A DNA stretch of 64,000 nt, taken from Lophium mytilinum (lineage: Eukaryota). Within the stretch, counting starts at the first letter, position 1. Each line of letters begins with the position of its first letter. Shown here piece after piece: positions 51,087 through 64,000 of the stretch. The notes under the pieces are model-generated. The model was given only the letters and a program-made list of their open reading frames with translations, made no database searches and was not told where the DNA came from. The stretch covers positions 976,816 to 1,040,815 of the forward strand of contig MU004191.1 of NCBI GenBank assembly GCA_010093605.1, given 5' to 3'. The position numbers were made by a program, and so were the translations under genes.

Positions 51087-52281
51087 ACGTGGAAAAGGTC
51101 ATGAAAACGCAGCAGAGTGGAGATTTAGAACAAGAGTTTGATTTTGAGTCGCGATAACAAGAGCGGGAAAGCAGGAACCTCAGAAGCATCAGGCATCGCG
51201 CGTGGCGGCCGTCTATTTACTGTGGCAGGGCGCGAGTGGAGCATGTCTGCACGTGAGACGCAGGTATGAGTCAAAGCAAAAGTCGTTGGAGGGGAGGGCA
51301 GGCTTGGGGTTTTGCAGCGACGCTGGATTCGGGCGAAGTATTGCGCAGAATCACGACCATCTCGCGGTGCGCGGTCGCGCTCTTCTTTATATCGACGTGA
51401 TGATTTGGCCCGCTGGCCGGCCCGGCGGGTGCCTGATTCAGGGCTTGAAACGTTTGGGTGAAGCAGCCAGTGAGAGGTGCAGAACTTGTCGTGTCCGTCG
51501 CTTTTTGCTGCATTAGCGCATGCAGGAGGGAGGAAACATCGAGGCTGGGTGGCGGGGAAAAGGCCGCAAAGACGGTGAGTCCCGCCAAGCGCAGCACAAG
51601 GCGCGTTCACGTTTAAGTGCACGCGTCGTCTGTTTGGCCATGGCAGACTTAAAGTTTGTTTTGATTCTCAGGAACGGGCAAATGGATGAATTGCGGGTGG
51701 TGCGTGCAGCCACGGACTACGGCACCCTGCAGAAGTTTCGAAACTTCGGCTCTCCTCAACACCATAGGCCCATCGTGACATTGCCTTCGCAGTCCCTACG
51801 CGTATCCGGACACGTTCACGACGTTCCACCATCCTGGTGATACTCCAACAAACAGACTCTTCACGCGTCACTTCAATGGTTAGGACAAAATAGCGCCTCC
51901 TGTTGCACTGTACTCCAAAATTACCCACGCGACATGGACATCCCAAGCTGTAGCGTCAGAGTGTCTCAATTACTCAATCGGCCGCTGGTTGGATGGTAGG
52001 TGCGAGTCACGTGCATTAGATCTCCTCGCGCCAGTTCACTAGAACTTGAACTCTAGATGAATAAGTCATCATCAAGTGGGTATCACGTAACGAAAAGATG
52101 TCTCAACAGCGAGGATTTGTCCTATAAATACAATGTCTTTTTCTTATATATACATATGTTCTGAAAGCATTCGACGCGTTGGCGAATGTAATGGTTGCAA
52201 ATATCTACACACCTACGAATAAAACCCACCAGACCACGATCATCATTTTTCTCGAGCCCCGTACCCCTCCAAATCCAAAAC

Positions 52282-53517
52282 TCACTGGCACTGGAAATAC
52301 CACTCATTGACGTTCATACACGTTGTCCCGCTAACGCACTATATCGTTCAGTTAGCCGCATCCTCAACTATCAGAGCATCCTCAAAACATACCTCTGTCG
52401 CACCGGTCCAGCTCTTTCCTCCACACTGAGCCCAATGCGCCGCAGTCAGCCCATTACCACCACTCGACGCCGTCGCCGCCGCCGCAGAACTTGACTTCGC
52501 CGCCGCAGAGCTTGACTTCACCGCCGCAGAGCTTGACTTCGCCGCCGCAGAGCTTGACTTCACCGCCGCAGAGCTTGACTTCGCCGCCGCAGAACTCAAC
52601 TTAATCGCCGCCGCCACAGAGCTCGACGCGCCCTTTGCCGTCGCCGTCGCACTCAGCGTCCCACTAACCCCGGGCGTCGGTGTCTCATCATTCCTCGCAC
52701 AGCCCGTCAGTTCCGTCAACTGCGTCGGACAGGTAACCTTCTTCCAGCTAACCGCAGGATTATTCGCATTCTGGAACCAGTCGAAGCGCCAGTAGCACCC
52801 AGGCTTCAATTTATCCGGGAAAGAGTCACAGTCCGAGCGAGAGGAGATGCCGCCGTATTGCGCGCCCCAGCCGTTGGCAGGTGCGCCCCACTCGTTTGTA
52901 CAGCCGTTGTAAATGCCGACGCCGCCGCCAGGTATGGCCAAGTCGAACTGGTTGCTGCCCAGGTCGCCTCCTGTATTGGTGGCTTGGACGACGAACTTCT
53001 TGCCAGAGACGGGGCCGGAGGTAAAGGTGAGTCTGGCCGTGGAGTTAGTGGGATCTTTGCAATAGGATTGGCGGAGGAGAAAGGTAGAGCCTTACTCGTA
53101 GCAGGAACAGCACCAGCTAGACTCTGAGCCCCCTGCTATGTTCACGGCCGCGAAGCCGTAACTTAGGTCGTCGTTGACAGCCCATGGGCTCTTTGTAGAT
53201 CAGGTAAGTATATTGACTTCAAGTTGTAGGTATTGAGGTCAACCGTTACATACCTGGTTCGAGCACATGAATGCAGGTCCATTCGAGACCGACGAATCGC
53301 AATTTGACTTGGCCGCCATGTCTGCGAGCGGATTGTCGCTTATGTCGCAGCTCACAACAGGGGAGCTGACCGATGCTTTCCCAGCCCATCCACAAGACCC
53401 TTTGCAGCAGTCCCAGTAGCGTGTTGTCGCGCCAGTGCCGGAAGTCTGCGCATTGGTGATGGTTGCGCTGCCTCCGAGGAGGGCAAGCAGGGCAAGTGTC
53501 TTCATGATGGATGCCAT
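52282..53517 (-). CDS. secreted GH45 endoglucanase with Ser/Ala linker and C-terminal CBM1
   Basis: Signal peptide, [54 protein letters not shown]1 [22 protein letters not shown]...NEWYFQCQ split by an intron. Confidence 0.95.
52480..52600 (-). repeat. 21-bp coding tandem repeat (A[A/V]KSSSA x~5) in GH45 linker
   Basis: GCCGCCGCAGAGCTTGACTTC-type units seen directly. Confidence 0.92.
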
Positions 53518-55078
53518 GGTTGAGAAAGAAAGCCAAGAGTAAAGCGTTGACTAGGAAGTGAGAAGAGAGACGTGGAGGAGAAGAAAAGCTCAAGCAAAGC
53601 TTCAGTTAGAATATGAATCGAACGGCGCAATCATCCAAATTGGTCTCACCAAGTCATGGCTACCTAATTACCGGAAAAGGTATTAGATCTCCACTCTTTC
53701 AACGTTCGTTTAAAAACATTCCGGCAGGTCTCCTTCGCAGCCGCCCGCTCGATAGAGCTATCCCATGACTAGATTATGGCCTAGAGTTTCAGAGCGTTCC
53801 ACTTACTCTCCCTCAGACGCGCCACTTAATTCTACAAACGCCCAGTATGATATCAGGGTGAACAGGTGCGTTCGTATGATTTATCGCGGAGCAAGCGAGC
53901 CCGATCCGTCCTTTGGCTGGGGCGAGGGCGTTCTGTGGATTCATATGGAGTTACGGGTCCTCAGGCCTTTCATCTGTCTCGAATTAACGAGCTCGTGGTA
54001 GTGTGGCAATCACGGGACACTACCGTACCAGGGTTAGTGCGCGCGACAAAACATAGACAGAAGCCCTCCTTTGCGCGCTATCTTAACCTTACATGTCTGA
54101 GCGTATCAGCTCACCGCAATCGTAGCCGACAGGTGGGCCGTCAGCGCCCGACAAGTTATCTCCGGGCCCATTATTTCGCTAAGGACCTCGGGAGTTTGAG
54201 AGATCTATTAGCGTGCCCAGGAGGGCTTCCGTATACACTTAATCAATACGGTAGTGCAAGCACTCGCTATCAATTGACTAAGTTTCTATGGATTTGGTCT
54301 TTATTGTAGATGCGTTTGCCGTTCTCGAGTTCATCGTGATTTCGGTTTCGGAGGGAGCAAGGCACGTCAGAAGTTTCGTGTAACGAAACTGATTAGAAAG
54401 TAGGAGTCTGCAGATATTATGCTGGGATCGGTAGGATGGAAAGTAAGAGACTGAGGATGTGCTTGTTCTTTGGCTAGAGTAACGAACGGCATAGTTGATT
54501 TTAGCTCGTCGCGCTCTAAAATAGCTCCCGCGTCAAATCGTGGGACGGGATCGCGCTATCACGTGTTCATCTCCGATCCTGACCACACACTTTTCATTTC
54601 TTAAACCTCTTGTCTCTCGAAATCAATTTACACGTGGATTGAGCAAGCTGGTGTTACAGTTTCCAATCTCTTTGCCTCCATGTGGAATGCCGCACGGATG
54701 TCGCGTTCCAATGTCTTGAACCTGAAGACGTTTCTCCGGAGACCGGCCTACGAATATTTCGTACTGAGATCGGCCCGTTGATTGAGTGAGAATCATCATA
54801 GTTTCAATCAGTAGGCCACAGAAGGCAACCCAACCAAACGCCTTTTGTTCATTTTAGTATTAGCGTACATTATACTGAGATGGTATTTGGCTCGATAGAA
54901 CCCCTAATACCATATCATAAAGACCCTCATCACCCCTTTTAGCCCGGGTTCATCGTACCTTATTATCATCCCCTTCCCCGTGACATCTTCGTTCATAGCC
55001 CACGCTCTCAATCTTTATCAGTATCGCTTCTTCGTCAATGTGTTATAGCGGTAGATTGCGGCGTCGCACAATCTTTTT

Positions 55079-55786
55079 TCATCCCTTGATCGGCACAACG
55101 AGCGAAACCTCCTCCCCCTTCTCAATTCCCAGTCCGACACCCTCGCCATCACTCCCACTTCCATCAGATTCTTGTAACATCCCACCCCCGACTACTCCTT
55201 GCTGCTCGAATCCACCTTCGCTCTTCCGCTCCCTTAGCGCCACCATGCTGCCGTCGGCACCATCCGATGTACTGTGCACGGATTTGTACCCGTATGGAAG
55301 CGAAGCACTGAGCTTACGGGCGTGATTCTTCCAACTTTTGATTCGTGGGACCTGGGTATGAGAGTGTGCTTGCGGGGAGGTGTGAGTCTCAGGGTTATCA
55401 CGGAACGTGAGGGTGGTGGTGGAAGTTGAGGTGAGAGGCGTGGAGGCGTCAGTGCCGAACATGCGGGTGGCATCAGCGGCGGCTTTTGAGCGAATGAAAG
55501 CTTGACTAATGGGTGTTACTCATTGATTTATGATTCCAATTGCAAGCAAGACTGGTAGATGGGAAAGGGGGCAGGACTTACTGCTCTGCAGTCAAGCCCG
55601 GCATGCAGATGTCTACTCGACGGACATCCGTGGGTGAGCTCTAGACAAACGAGTATCAGCGGTTGCATTCGACGACGTGCCAACTTCAGGGCTTACGATT
55701 TGGAGCGAGGGCTTTTCGTGACCTTGACAGGTGCAACACAGTAAGACGCGCTTGAACGAGGCCAGGATTTCATTCGTATTTTTCAT
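55079..55786 (-). CDS. small 3-exon hypothetical protein with Cys cluster and CRIB-like motif
   Basis: ATG 55786 in CACC context. MKNTNEILASFKRVLLCCTCQGHEKPSLQI / SSPTDVRRVDICMPGLTAE / QAFIRSKAAADATRMFG joins ORF 55079-55462 via two canonical introns. Confidence 0.7.
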
Positions 55787-56723
55787 GGTGTGATTACACT
55801 TTTTAGAAGTAAAACAGGGTCTTTAACAGTCGTGGAGGTCGTTGAAATGTAAAGATATGAGACAAATTAACACGCTTGCTCAACGCAACAATGAACAAGT
55901 AAGGCACACAGAAATCATACACACACTTGTCTAGTAACGAAAGTAGAAGGAGATATCCCGAGGTTGTTGGGAGTCGCTGTGATGAAGCAAAAGAGACCCT
56001 TAGATTGCTGTCTCAAAGGTATATAAGAGGCTCGGACATGAGTTGACGGAGATGACTCGCCACGCGAGTACTCTGTACATTCCTTACTTATTGAACTCAG
56101 GACAATGCTAAGGTACCAAGGTACCACATTCCTTGTTTCCAAAAACTTGATGAAGCACACCGGATAGGTTGGCGAGGTTTGAAATATGCTGGTTACGTCA
56201 AACTTCAATCTTTCTAGTGTTCAGTGGAAAGTAAATTATTAGGCATGCTTAAGCGCATTCATGTTGATAAGTCGAGTACCGATACAAAACTCTACACGTG
56301 TCTATACTTGATGAGTAGAAGGGGTTGACACTCAAGTCGAGATTTCGCTTACGAGCTGTGGAACGTTCCTTGCTTCTCCGGGAGCCACTGACGCATTCCG
56401 TCCAACGCGTGTTAGAGACGCGATTGAAAACTTAAAATGCCTTGCTGCTAAGCAGGTGGCAAAACCCCACCTGCATTTCATATCCGATCCAAGCAGCGGA
56501 ACTTTCCGGTACACATAAATCAAGGCTCTTGTCACACTGGTTACCTTATCAACGAATGTAAGCATCATTATATGACAGTGCGTTCAATGCTCGTGCGTAA
56601 GCCTTGCATCTGGGATTGGCTAATGCATCACGGTGCAGGTTCCACATACTTGACCACCAGGAACGAGAAACATCTGGTTTCTCATGTATCCATAGAGCTA
56701 CTCAAATCGCCCTTCTCGCTGAT

Positions 56724-58229
56724 CTATTTCGGATAGTCCTTGATGTGGTAGCTCTTGAGCTTGACGAACTGGTCGAAGCCGAATCTGCTCAATGTCTGTC
56801 CTTTGCCCGAGTCTTTCCAGCCGATCCACGCAAGATCCTGCTGACATTAATTTATGCTCGTAGATTTGATCGATTTAACTTACTGGACTAGGGAAGTCGC
56901 AACGATTCACAAACACAGTCCCTGCCTCGACGTCTTCCACAAGTTCATGGCCTTTTGCAACATCCTTGGTCCAGATACTAGCAGTCAATCCAAATTGGCT
57001 ATCGTTCATCAACTTGACAGCCTCCTTATCATCCTTCACCTTCATGACTGGAATTACCGGTCCAAAGGTCTCTTCAGTCATGACAAGCATGTCGTGGTTG
57101 ACATTCGTTAGAAGAGTGGGGACAACGTAGTTACCGTCAGACGGAGGCGATTTGAAGGACTCGTTCTCTGGTGTAGCATCTTTCGCACCTTTTTCAAGAG
57201 CATCCTTGATATGAGAGCGAATTGTTTCTGCCGATCGCTTCGACACGACGGGACCAACATGCGTCTTAGTATCGAAAGGATCTCCAAGTTTGTAGCCCTT
57301 GAGGACTTCTTGTACAGCGGACACGAACTCGTCGTAGATCTTCTCATCCACGTAGACTCTCTCAACGCTGCAACAGCTCTGTCCAGAGTTAAAGATGGCG
57401 CCATCAACGATCTCCTCGGCCGCCCATGGGATATCCACGTCGGAGCGGATATAAGCCGGATCTTTGCCACCGAGTTCCAGACCGACTCGCACAGCCACAC
57501 GATCACTAGCAGCAGTCTGCACAGCAAGGCCTCCGGCTACAGATCCGGTGAAACAGACAAGTTGGACTTGAGGCGATCGAACCAAAGTTTCGATCTGGCT
57601 CAGTGACCCACAATGGAAGTGCTGCATGACACCTTCGGGCAGACCGGCTTTAGTGAAGATCTCCTGGATGTGTTCGGCCGTCGTGGGTGTCTGAGGAGAC
57701 GGCTTTAGGATGACAGAGTTCCCCGCAAGCAAAGCCGGTACAATCGAATTGATCAGGGTCAGATATGGGTACTGCAGTGAACATCAGTTGCCGTACAAGT
57801 AGAAAAGAGCCTCATGAGACAAACATTCCATGGGAACAAAATCAAGACAGGACCGATCGGCACCTTCCTGATATACCTCTTGAAGCCTTTCTCGGCTTCG
57901 CCGTCTGTGTCGCCGAGAGCATCGTCGCTGATCTTGAGGAGATACTCGCCGCGTGCCACAGCCGTGGTGACCTCCTTGGCTGTGTAGGCGATCGGACGGC
58001 CCATCTGCTCAGTAATCTCCTTTGCTAGCTCATCCTGCTTGTCGTTGAGGAGTTTGAGCGCTTTCTTTACAATCTTCTGTCGCTCGCTGAGAGACGTCTT
58101 CCGATACGTCTCGAAAGCTTTGGCTGCAGTAGCCGGGAGGGCTTGCAGATCGCCCTCTGTCAAGCCATTACGAGTCAAGACGGGCTTGTTGGTAATTGGC
58201 GAGATGGTCGTGAGTGTTTCGACGGACAT
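56724..58229 (-). CDS. aldehyde dehydrogenase
   Basis: FPWN-YPYL, ILKPSPQTP, FTGSVAGG, LELGGKDP, FNSGQSCCSVER, EETFGPV, FGLTAS, GWKDSG.G. Two introns. Confidence 0.95.
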
Positions 58230-61200
58230 GATGTGGCTCTGCAATGTCAGACCTTATGGAGAGACTGATTGCGTGGACTCAACTGAGAATTTGAGGTCGT
58301 TCGCCTTTTCGCAGTTTGGAGTCCGATGCCGGGCTATGACGTCCCTTTGCGCTAGGTTTGTTTCGGATTAGAGTCAGCCTTACGAAGACGACCAAGGGAC
58401 CTCGCGACGAGCTGTTGCTGTTCATCACCAACTCATCAGCCACCTACACAGCTCCACAGACTTCAGCCTCTTCATTTCGCAAAACTTGGCGGTGGGCGCC
58501 TATCCAGGTACCTATCTCATTTGGGGGTTACTCAATTTCAAGCCCACGCCGAAAGACACATTAACAGCATTCGCGCCTTTCACGCGAAGGCTAGGCTAGA
58601 CTCAGATCTAGGTATCTATACGCGTGTTTCACGTTTTCGGGGTTCATTCTGGAGATGATCTGTTTCAACTTTTATAACAGGTAGCTTGCTTCAGCTCGCA
58701 TTTCAGGGCCTTGTCTGGTGGCTCTTCCGTCTTTACAGCACTCTTTGCCACTTGTACCAGCACTTTCAGCCCCAGATATAAGACCACAGCAGGTCGGGGA
58801 AGTATTCTTTGCCCTGAATTTATTTCTCTGCCGTTATTTCAGCTTCAGCTTGCAGTGGTGTTGTTTTGTGTTCCTACCAGCCGAGATCAGCAAAGCCCCC
58901 ACGACCAAGCTGTTCAATCTTGCCGGAGAACATTGCTGTGCGTGCATCTATCAGCTCAGAACCCAAGCAAAGAGTCGATGGGAAGCGCATGCTCTCGGAT
59001 GTTGCCTGAACTTTTGTTCTTACTCCTAGGAAAGCCGGGGAGTACCTGCCGCTCGAACTGCATGCAGCATCAACCTGCATACCGGAGTTTCTGACCGCAA
59101 CAAGGAACCCATGCTGTGCAGGCGGGCCTTCAAGCACATTTTGAGCCCGAAGTCGCATAAGAAACCGCTTACGGAAAGCCCAGCAGCATCATGCTGATCA
59201 TTTCGTCCAAGACATTGTTTCAAGATTTTCCCGGGTATTGAATGGCTGCCGCGGCGAAAGGCCCGAGCTGTAACACCTGCAGGCTCTAATCGTTCCAGGT
59301 TTTCCGTCACACTTGATGGATCAGTGGCGACTTGAGGGACTATTTCGAGGATTCCAGATTCGATCTCAGTTGTCCTGATGAGACAAGAAGCATACCATTC
59401 CAAAAAATGATTCTACTCCTTCCTAGTATAATACGGAAAGCCTTGTAAGTGCTAACGCCAAATCACAGCATTCTAATTAGGTCCGAGCCGTACAAAACTG
59501 GCATGTACCGAAAATATTTGGTCTCCCCTCGGGGGAGCCGATGGCTGTAAGCCCAGAATGAAAAGATTCATATGAACGACAGGGATGGGCAACTATCGAC
59601 AACTGAAAGTCATCGCTCGATGTTTGCAGTGGGAAATGCGAGAACAACGCATACACATGACAGACTCGGCAGATGGCGTTACAAAAAAGAAGCTAAACAT
59701 TCTACCTAGAGGTAGCATCACTAGCCTGCGAATCGAAGGCAGACCAGAGAACATTATTGAACATTCACACCGTCGCAGCACTCCGACCGAAGATCGGAAG
59801 CTATACCTATCTCGCGACGTCACGCATTTGGCCTCTTCCCGAAGCTGTGGGTGAGGGTCAGCCCGTCAATGGCATTCATTAATTCACAATCACCACAATC
59901 TCAAGCCGCTTTGTGCTCTCACAGCCCCCACTGCTATTCTGAAACGTTCCCTTATTTCAAAATACGAAAGGATCTCTTTCAATGTAGCTCAGCCAGGTCT
60001 CGCGTCTTTGCCTTTTCTGGTCCTCAAGCCAGCTTACGTGGATCTCAGTTAGCGGGTCGACTTTTTGAGACAGCAAGCCTTCGCCATTGCTCGTCTTGAA
60101 GTCTAATTGGGCACCTCGTAACGTGGCGAGCTACGAACGACCCTCCGAAGACCGCCGTCATTATGAAGTACACACTTAGCCGAGAAGGAATGCGTACCAT
60201 TGCGCTGGAAACGCGGTGAGCGTTGGGTCGTCCCATCAGCTTGCCAATTCGTACTACGATGAGCAGTTGGCACTAGACGCATGAACGGCGGTGCTGCAGA
60301 CCAGAAAAATTTTCTAACAAGCCTGGAAGCGAAAAAAGTTCTAGGACTTCATTGGACCAAAACGTTGTACAACGCCCAGCGTGTTAGCGATTTCGCCAAC
60401 CACGTGCGCTCGATATGTCCGTTTGTCACGCCGCACGGAGTGGTATGTACGTAGCAGCTTGATCGGGAAAAGCGCACCGTGGAGGGTGCAGTAGTCGAGG
60501 ACACCACTTCATGCCCCCGCCTGGAGGCTGCTGAGACGTGCTCGGAGGTGTGGAGTGATACAGCTCGGTTCGTCTGCCGCTGTACCGATGGGCCGGCACT
60601 ACGAGCGTCAAACGGCTCCCTCGATCGTTTGGTCGTGACTCGTGAGGCTGGGAACATGGATGACTGCGTTGGCCCCAGTCCCACCCCCCTTGCCCATCTC
60701 TTCTACCTCCGGGCCCGATCGGGACAAGTTGGCGATCAATCTTGCCTCACCTGGGCACCCAGCTCCCGCAAAGCCGTTGGTGCAAGCAGATCACCCACCG
60801 ACATCGCGAGGTCCGCTAGGCGCTGGTCCTGGCCGCAATGCCTGTGGGCGCGCCCGCGCCCTGGACCTGAGCTTCACCCTCGCCGCATCATCTGCGTAGG
60901 TTGCAGCTATCAAGCGCAGTCATTTTGAACGCCCTGGCAGTACAGCGGCCCTAGATTTCGTAGCTAGGTCAACGATCGCCCGGAAGGATGTGTCCGGGCC
61001 AGATAGAGTAGACCCTCTCGATTCGGTGTTCCTGCAGAGGCAACCGCCAAAATGGGCTTTGAAAAAAGAGTAAATGACGATAGTTCAGGACCGTTGAAAT
61101 GCGGAACGAACCGTAACGTACATGTTTGAAACCCTCCCCAGGGTGGCGTGGATCATGTGAGAGGTCGCTATGGCATGGTCTTCCAGATAGTTGAGCAGAT

Positions 61201-62777
61201 CGTCTCCGTATGCCCATTGTCATCAGACAGCGCCGTCAGGTTGATTGTGATCGAAGCAGGGAAGGCTATGATGTGGAATCAAAAGGCAAGCAAGGCAATA
61301 ACGGGTTCATACGCCGCTACCACTCATGGAAGACCAAGACCAAGTATGTCAACCCCGCTGGTCCCCATCAACTCGTTTAAGAACTTGATATCTTAACAGA
61401 GCTATTATTCTAGTCTTCCGACCCCAATGCACCCAGTCTCCCCGAAGGGTAACTGGACAGATTCTGTCATGCAGCTGGCTTCCCGGAGGCCCTAAGCACT
61501 CTTCGTATTGTGGAGGACTTGCACGATATGCATTACCGAAGCACATAATAGACGCCATTGTCATGCAAGACGTTTCTGGATCCTGACGCCAGCGATTCGA
61601 AACTGGGATGATCCCAGCCAGCCATGTGGCCCATGACACGGCAAGGAGAAAGGCTCTATGGCTTCGTCTTAAGGAGTTGTGGTGGTTTGATGTTGTGGGC
61701 ATTGATCTATGCCGTCACAGCTGTCTTGAAAGCGGGAGTCCTGGACCTTCCCCGGCGATCAACACGGAGTCTGCCGACGGAAGAGAAGCTGGGGTGCAGC
61801 ATGACCAGCATTCCTGCTTGGTGGCGAGCAGAATGTGCTTGGTGTGCTACTAGGGCCCTGTGCTCGAGGGCCGTACTCGTAAGTATATGCAAAGTCGGGC
61901 GGTCTAGCGGAAGGGAGCGGCCGCTACTCGCCGTGTCTGCGGACGGGATGGCCGTCAATCGGGCTGACTGTGAATCACATATGCCGGTAGCTGGTGCACC
62001 GGGTGGATCACCGAGAGTATGGGTCAGCAGCAGAAGCGTGTGGTGGTCGAAGACGGGGTCTTGATTCGCATGTACCGTTCGGTACATGGAGCAAGCATCG
62101 GCACAGCAAGTTAGGCTCTCAGGGCCGTTATTTTGCGGCGATATAGGCCAGGTCTGCACCGATCAGCCAATATCATGTTTGATTGCGGTGGTGGCCACTG
62201 TGGAAAACGGGGTGCAGATGTCAAAGGCCTGGGGTGGAGGCAGCTGGCGATCCTGGAGTCGTCTGTGGCAGTCGTCGCTCGAGAAGACGGCTGACATCTC
62301 GTTTAAACTAGCCTTGGAGTATCTGAGGCCTCTGACCAACGATGCAGCTAGGCCCGGAGTCGGGGTTTCTCTAGGATGTCGGCCGGTATTGGACACCAGC
62401 TCCCGCTGCAGTCTCCACCGAAGCCTGCGCAGAAGCCCTGGAGCAGTGGAGACACTCATGGAGCTACCATACCCCGCGACTTCGCTAGACACGGCGGAGG
62501 ACGCGCCGCAGGGAAGGTATATTGTACTCAGGCACACCGCAGCCGGCGGGCCAGCCAAGATATCCTACCCTTCACCTGCACACCATACTTTCTTACCGTC
62601 GCCCGGTACTGCGTGCTCGTCCTCTACTCATCGTCTGACTTCCTGCCCCCCGCTTTCAAGTGCTCCTCCAGCTACCACTCCGTCTGTTCGTGATATCAAA
62701 ACCATCTGTCGTCGACTAGCGTTGGTTGGAGAAGTGGAGCTCGTCGCTGTACGGCCGAGGTTGCGGCCGCTAACGCG

Positions 62778-64000
62778 ATGATTTCCACCAGTCTTCATCA
62801 GTACACCCCGGCTTTCAACCACCTGCCCTCGCAGAATCTGGGCAACCACGACCAACACCAGCATCTTCACAGCCAGCATATGGGCCAGACGGGACTGGAT
62901 GCCCTCGCCCACAACTCTCAGTACGCCCTCCACTACCAGCAGCCACACCACGTCCTGCCTACGGGCAAAGGCATCGTCAAACCACGCCATCACGGCTACA
63001 GTAATGGGCCCATTGCAGCAGCTCCCCGCAGCCAGCGCAACGCCATGCTCCATGACCGCTCGGGACGTTCTTCGGCATCAGGGCCGGTGCGCCGTCGCAT
63101 CAGCCGTGCATGCGACCAGTGCAATCAGTTGAGGACCAAGTGCGATGGAAAGACTCCTTGTGCGCATTGTATGGGTGTGTATGGGTGCGTGCTTGATTTC
63201 CTACCTGCTAGAAGCTAATACGACTCAGAATTTGGCCTGACGTGCGAGTACGTACGGGAACGCAAGAAGAGAGGGAAAGCGTCCAGAAAGGACATCGCCC
63301 AGCAAGCCGCAGCAGCGGCGGTGGCGGGCACCAATCCAGAGTCTTCCCCTGGCAGTCCAAGATCTCGCGACGGCTTTTCTTCCGGGGATCAAGGCCTCAC
63401 TGACTCCACCACAGGAGGCCATGAAAGGTTTGATCGGCCACGCTCAATTAGCGATCTTCCACCGCCGAATCTACCTCCTCCAAGGTCTTCCAGAATAGCT
63501 AGTAGCCACAATACTGACGGTAGTGCCATGTACGATGGAATCAACCCTTTGTCACGAAATATGAATCTGTCAGCCATCGACGGTATGTCTGAAAACGGAC
63601 TTCACCACCAGATGGCACCTTCCAACATCGTGGATCCCAGTATACAAGGCCCTCGAATGGACAACAGCGGTGTCCATGATCGCAATATCCCCATGGTCGG
63701 AATGTCTGACTATGGCTCCTTGGACAACTTCAACCGCAACATGATGCATCCTTCTGCCGCCGCACCTAGCCATTCGGCGATGCACAGTGGAGCCAACGTC
63801 CTCCCTCAGCCCATCGTCCCATCAAATAGCATGCCAGAGTACTCAGACGGCCCTTACTCTATGATGAGTCCCCAAAACCAGCAGGCTCCTCCAAACGCGT
63901 ACCGCATGCCCACTAGCGAGTCACCAATGCCAGGCTTCATGGGAAATTCTCCAGTGTCCGGCTCACCTGGGTGGCTGTCGTTGCCATCGCCATCAGCTAC
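62778..64000 (+). CDS. xlnR: xylanolytic Zn2Cys6 transcriptional activator XlnR/Xyr1 (3' end beyond window)
   Basis: [28 protein letters not shown], intron, [22 protein letters not shown] is the XlnR DNA-binding signature. Also GLDALA.NSQYAL and [11 protein letters not shown]. Confidence 0.92.

Noticed and set aside
50884..51102. Stop-codon readthrough or editing (TGA-CGG) joining the MTFSTY ORF to the main ORF
   Set aside because: ATG 51086 with intron 50938-50884 gives an uninterrupted frame and better branch-point spacing.
58700..62781. Numerous 60-230 aa ORFs
   Set aside because: No recognisable motifs, many non-ATG starts, overlapping on both strands; consistent with chance ORFs.
52282..64000. 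GH45-xlnR cellulolytic cluster
   Set aside because: About 9 kb apart with unrelated genes between; I noticed only an isolated GGCTAG about 1 kb upstream of GH45.

Overview
Filamentous ascomycete (Pezizomycotina, probably Dothideomycete-like) genomic DNA in two compartments. (1) 1-~16040 is an AT-rich, TpA-saturated block degraded by repeat-induced point mutation (RIP), with no intact ORFs. Reversing C>T/G>A changes by eye recovers several things: a ~4 kb fossil ORF with a 12-aa tandem repeat and C-terminal Myb/SANT repeats; an array of eight 46-bp direct repeats with variable spacers; a Hop-like MULE DNA transposon with 97-bp TIRs; a chromoviral Ty3/gypsy integrase fragment; and a probable host gene eroded at the boundary. 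(2) ~16040-64000 is gene-rich euchromatin with spliced genes: YeeE/YedE-type transporter, small secreted Thr-rich protein, two MFS transporters, amidase, clr2 head-to-head with an SNF2-PHD remodeller, ERG2, a DUF6536-like membrane protein, RRP7, peroxisomal SCP2, a quinone-oxidoreductase pseudogene, an integral membrane protein, an F-box-like protein, a GH45-CBM1 endoglucanase, a small CRIB-like protein, an aldehyde dehydrogenase and the 5' part of xlnR. Two strong hairpins lie at ~47.7 and ~48.9 kb. All calls are by eye; no searches were run, and exon boundaries and de-RIP translations are inferred.
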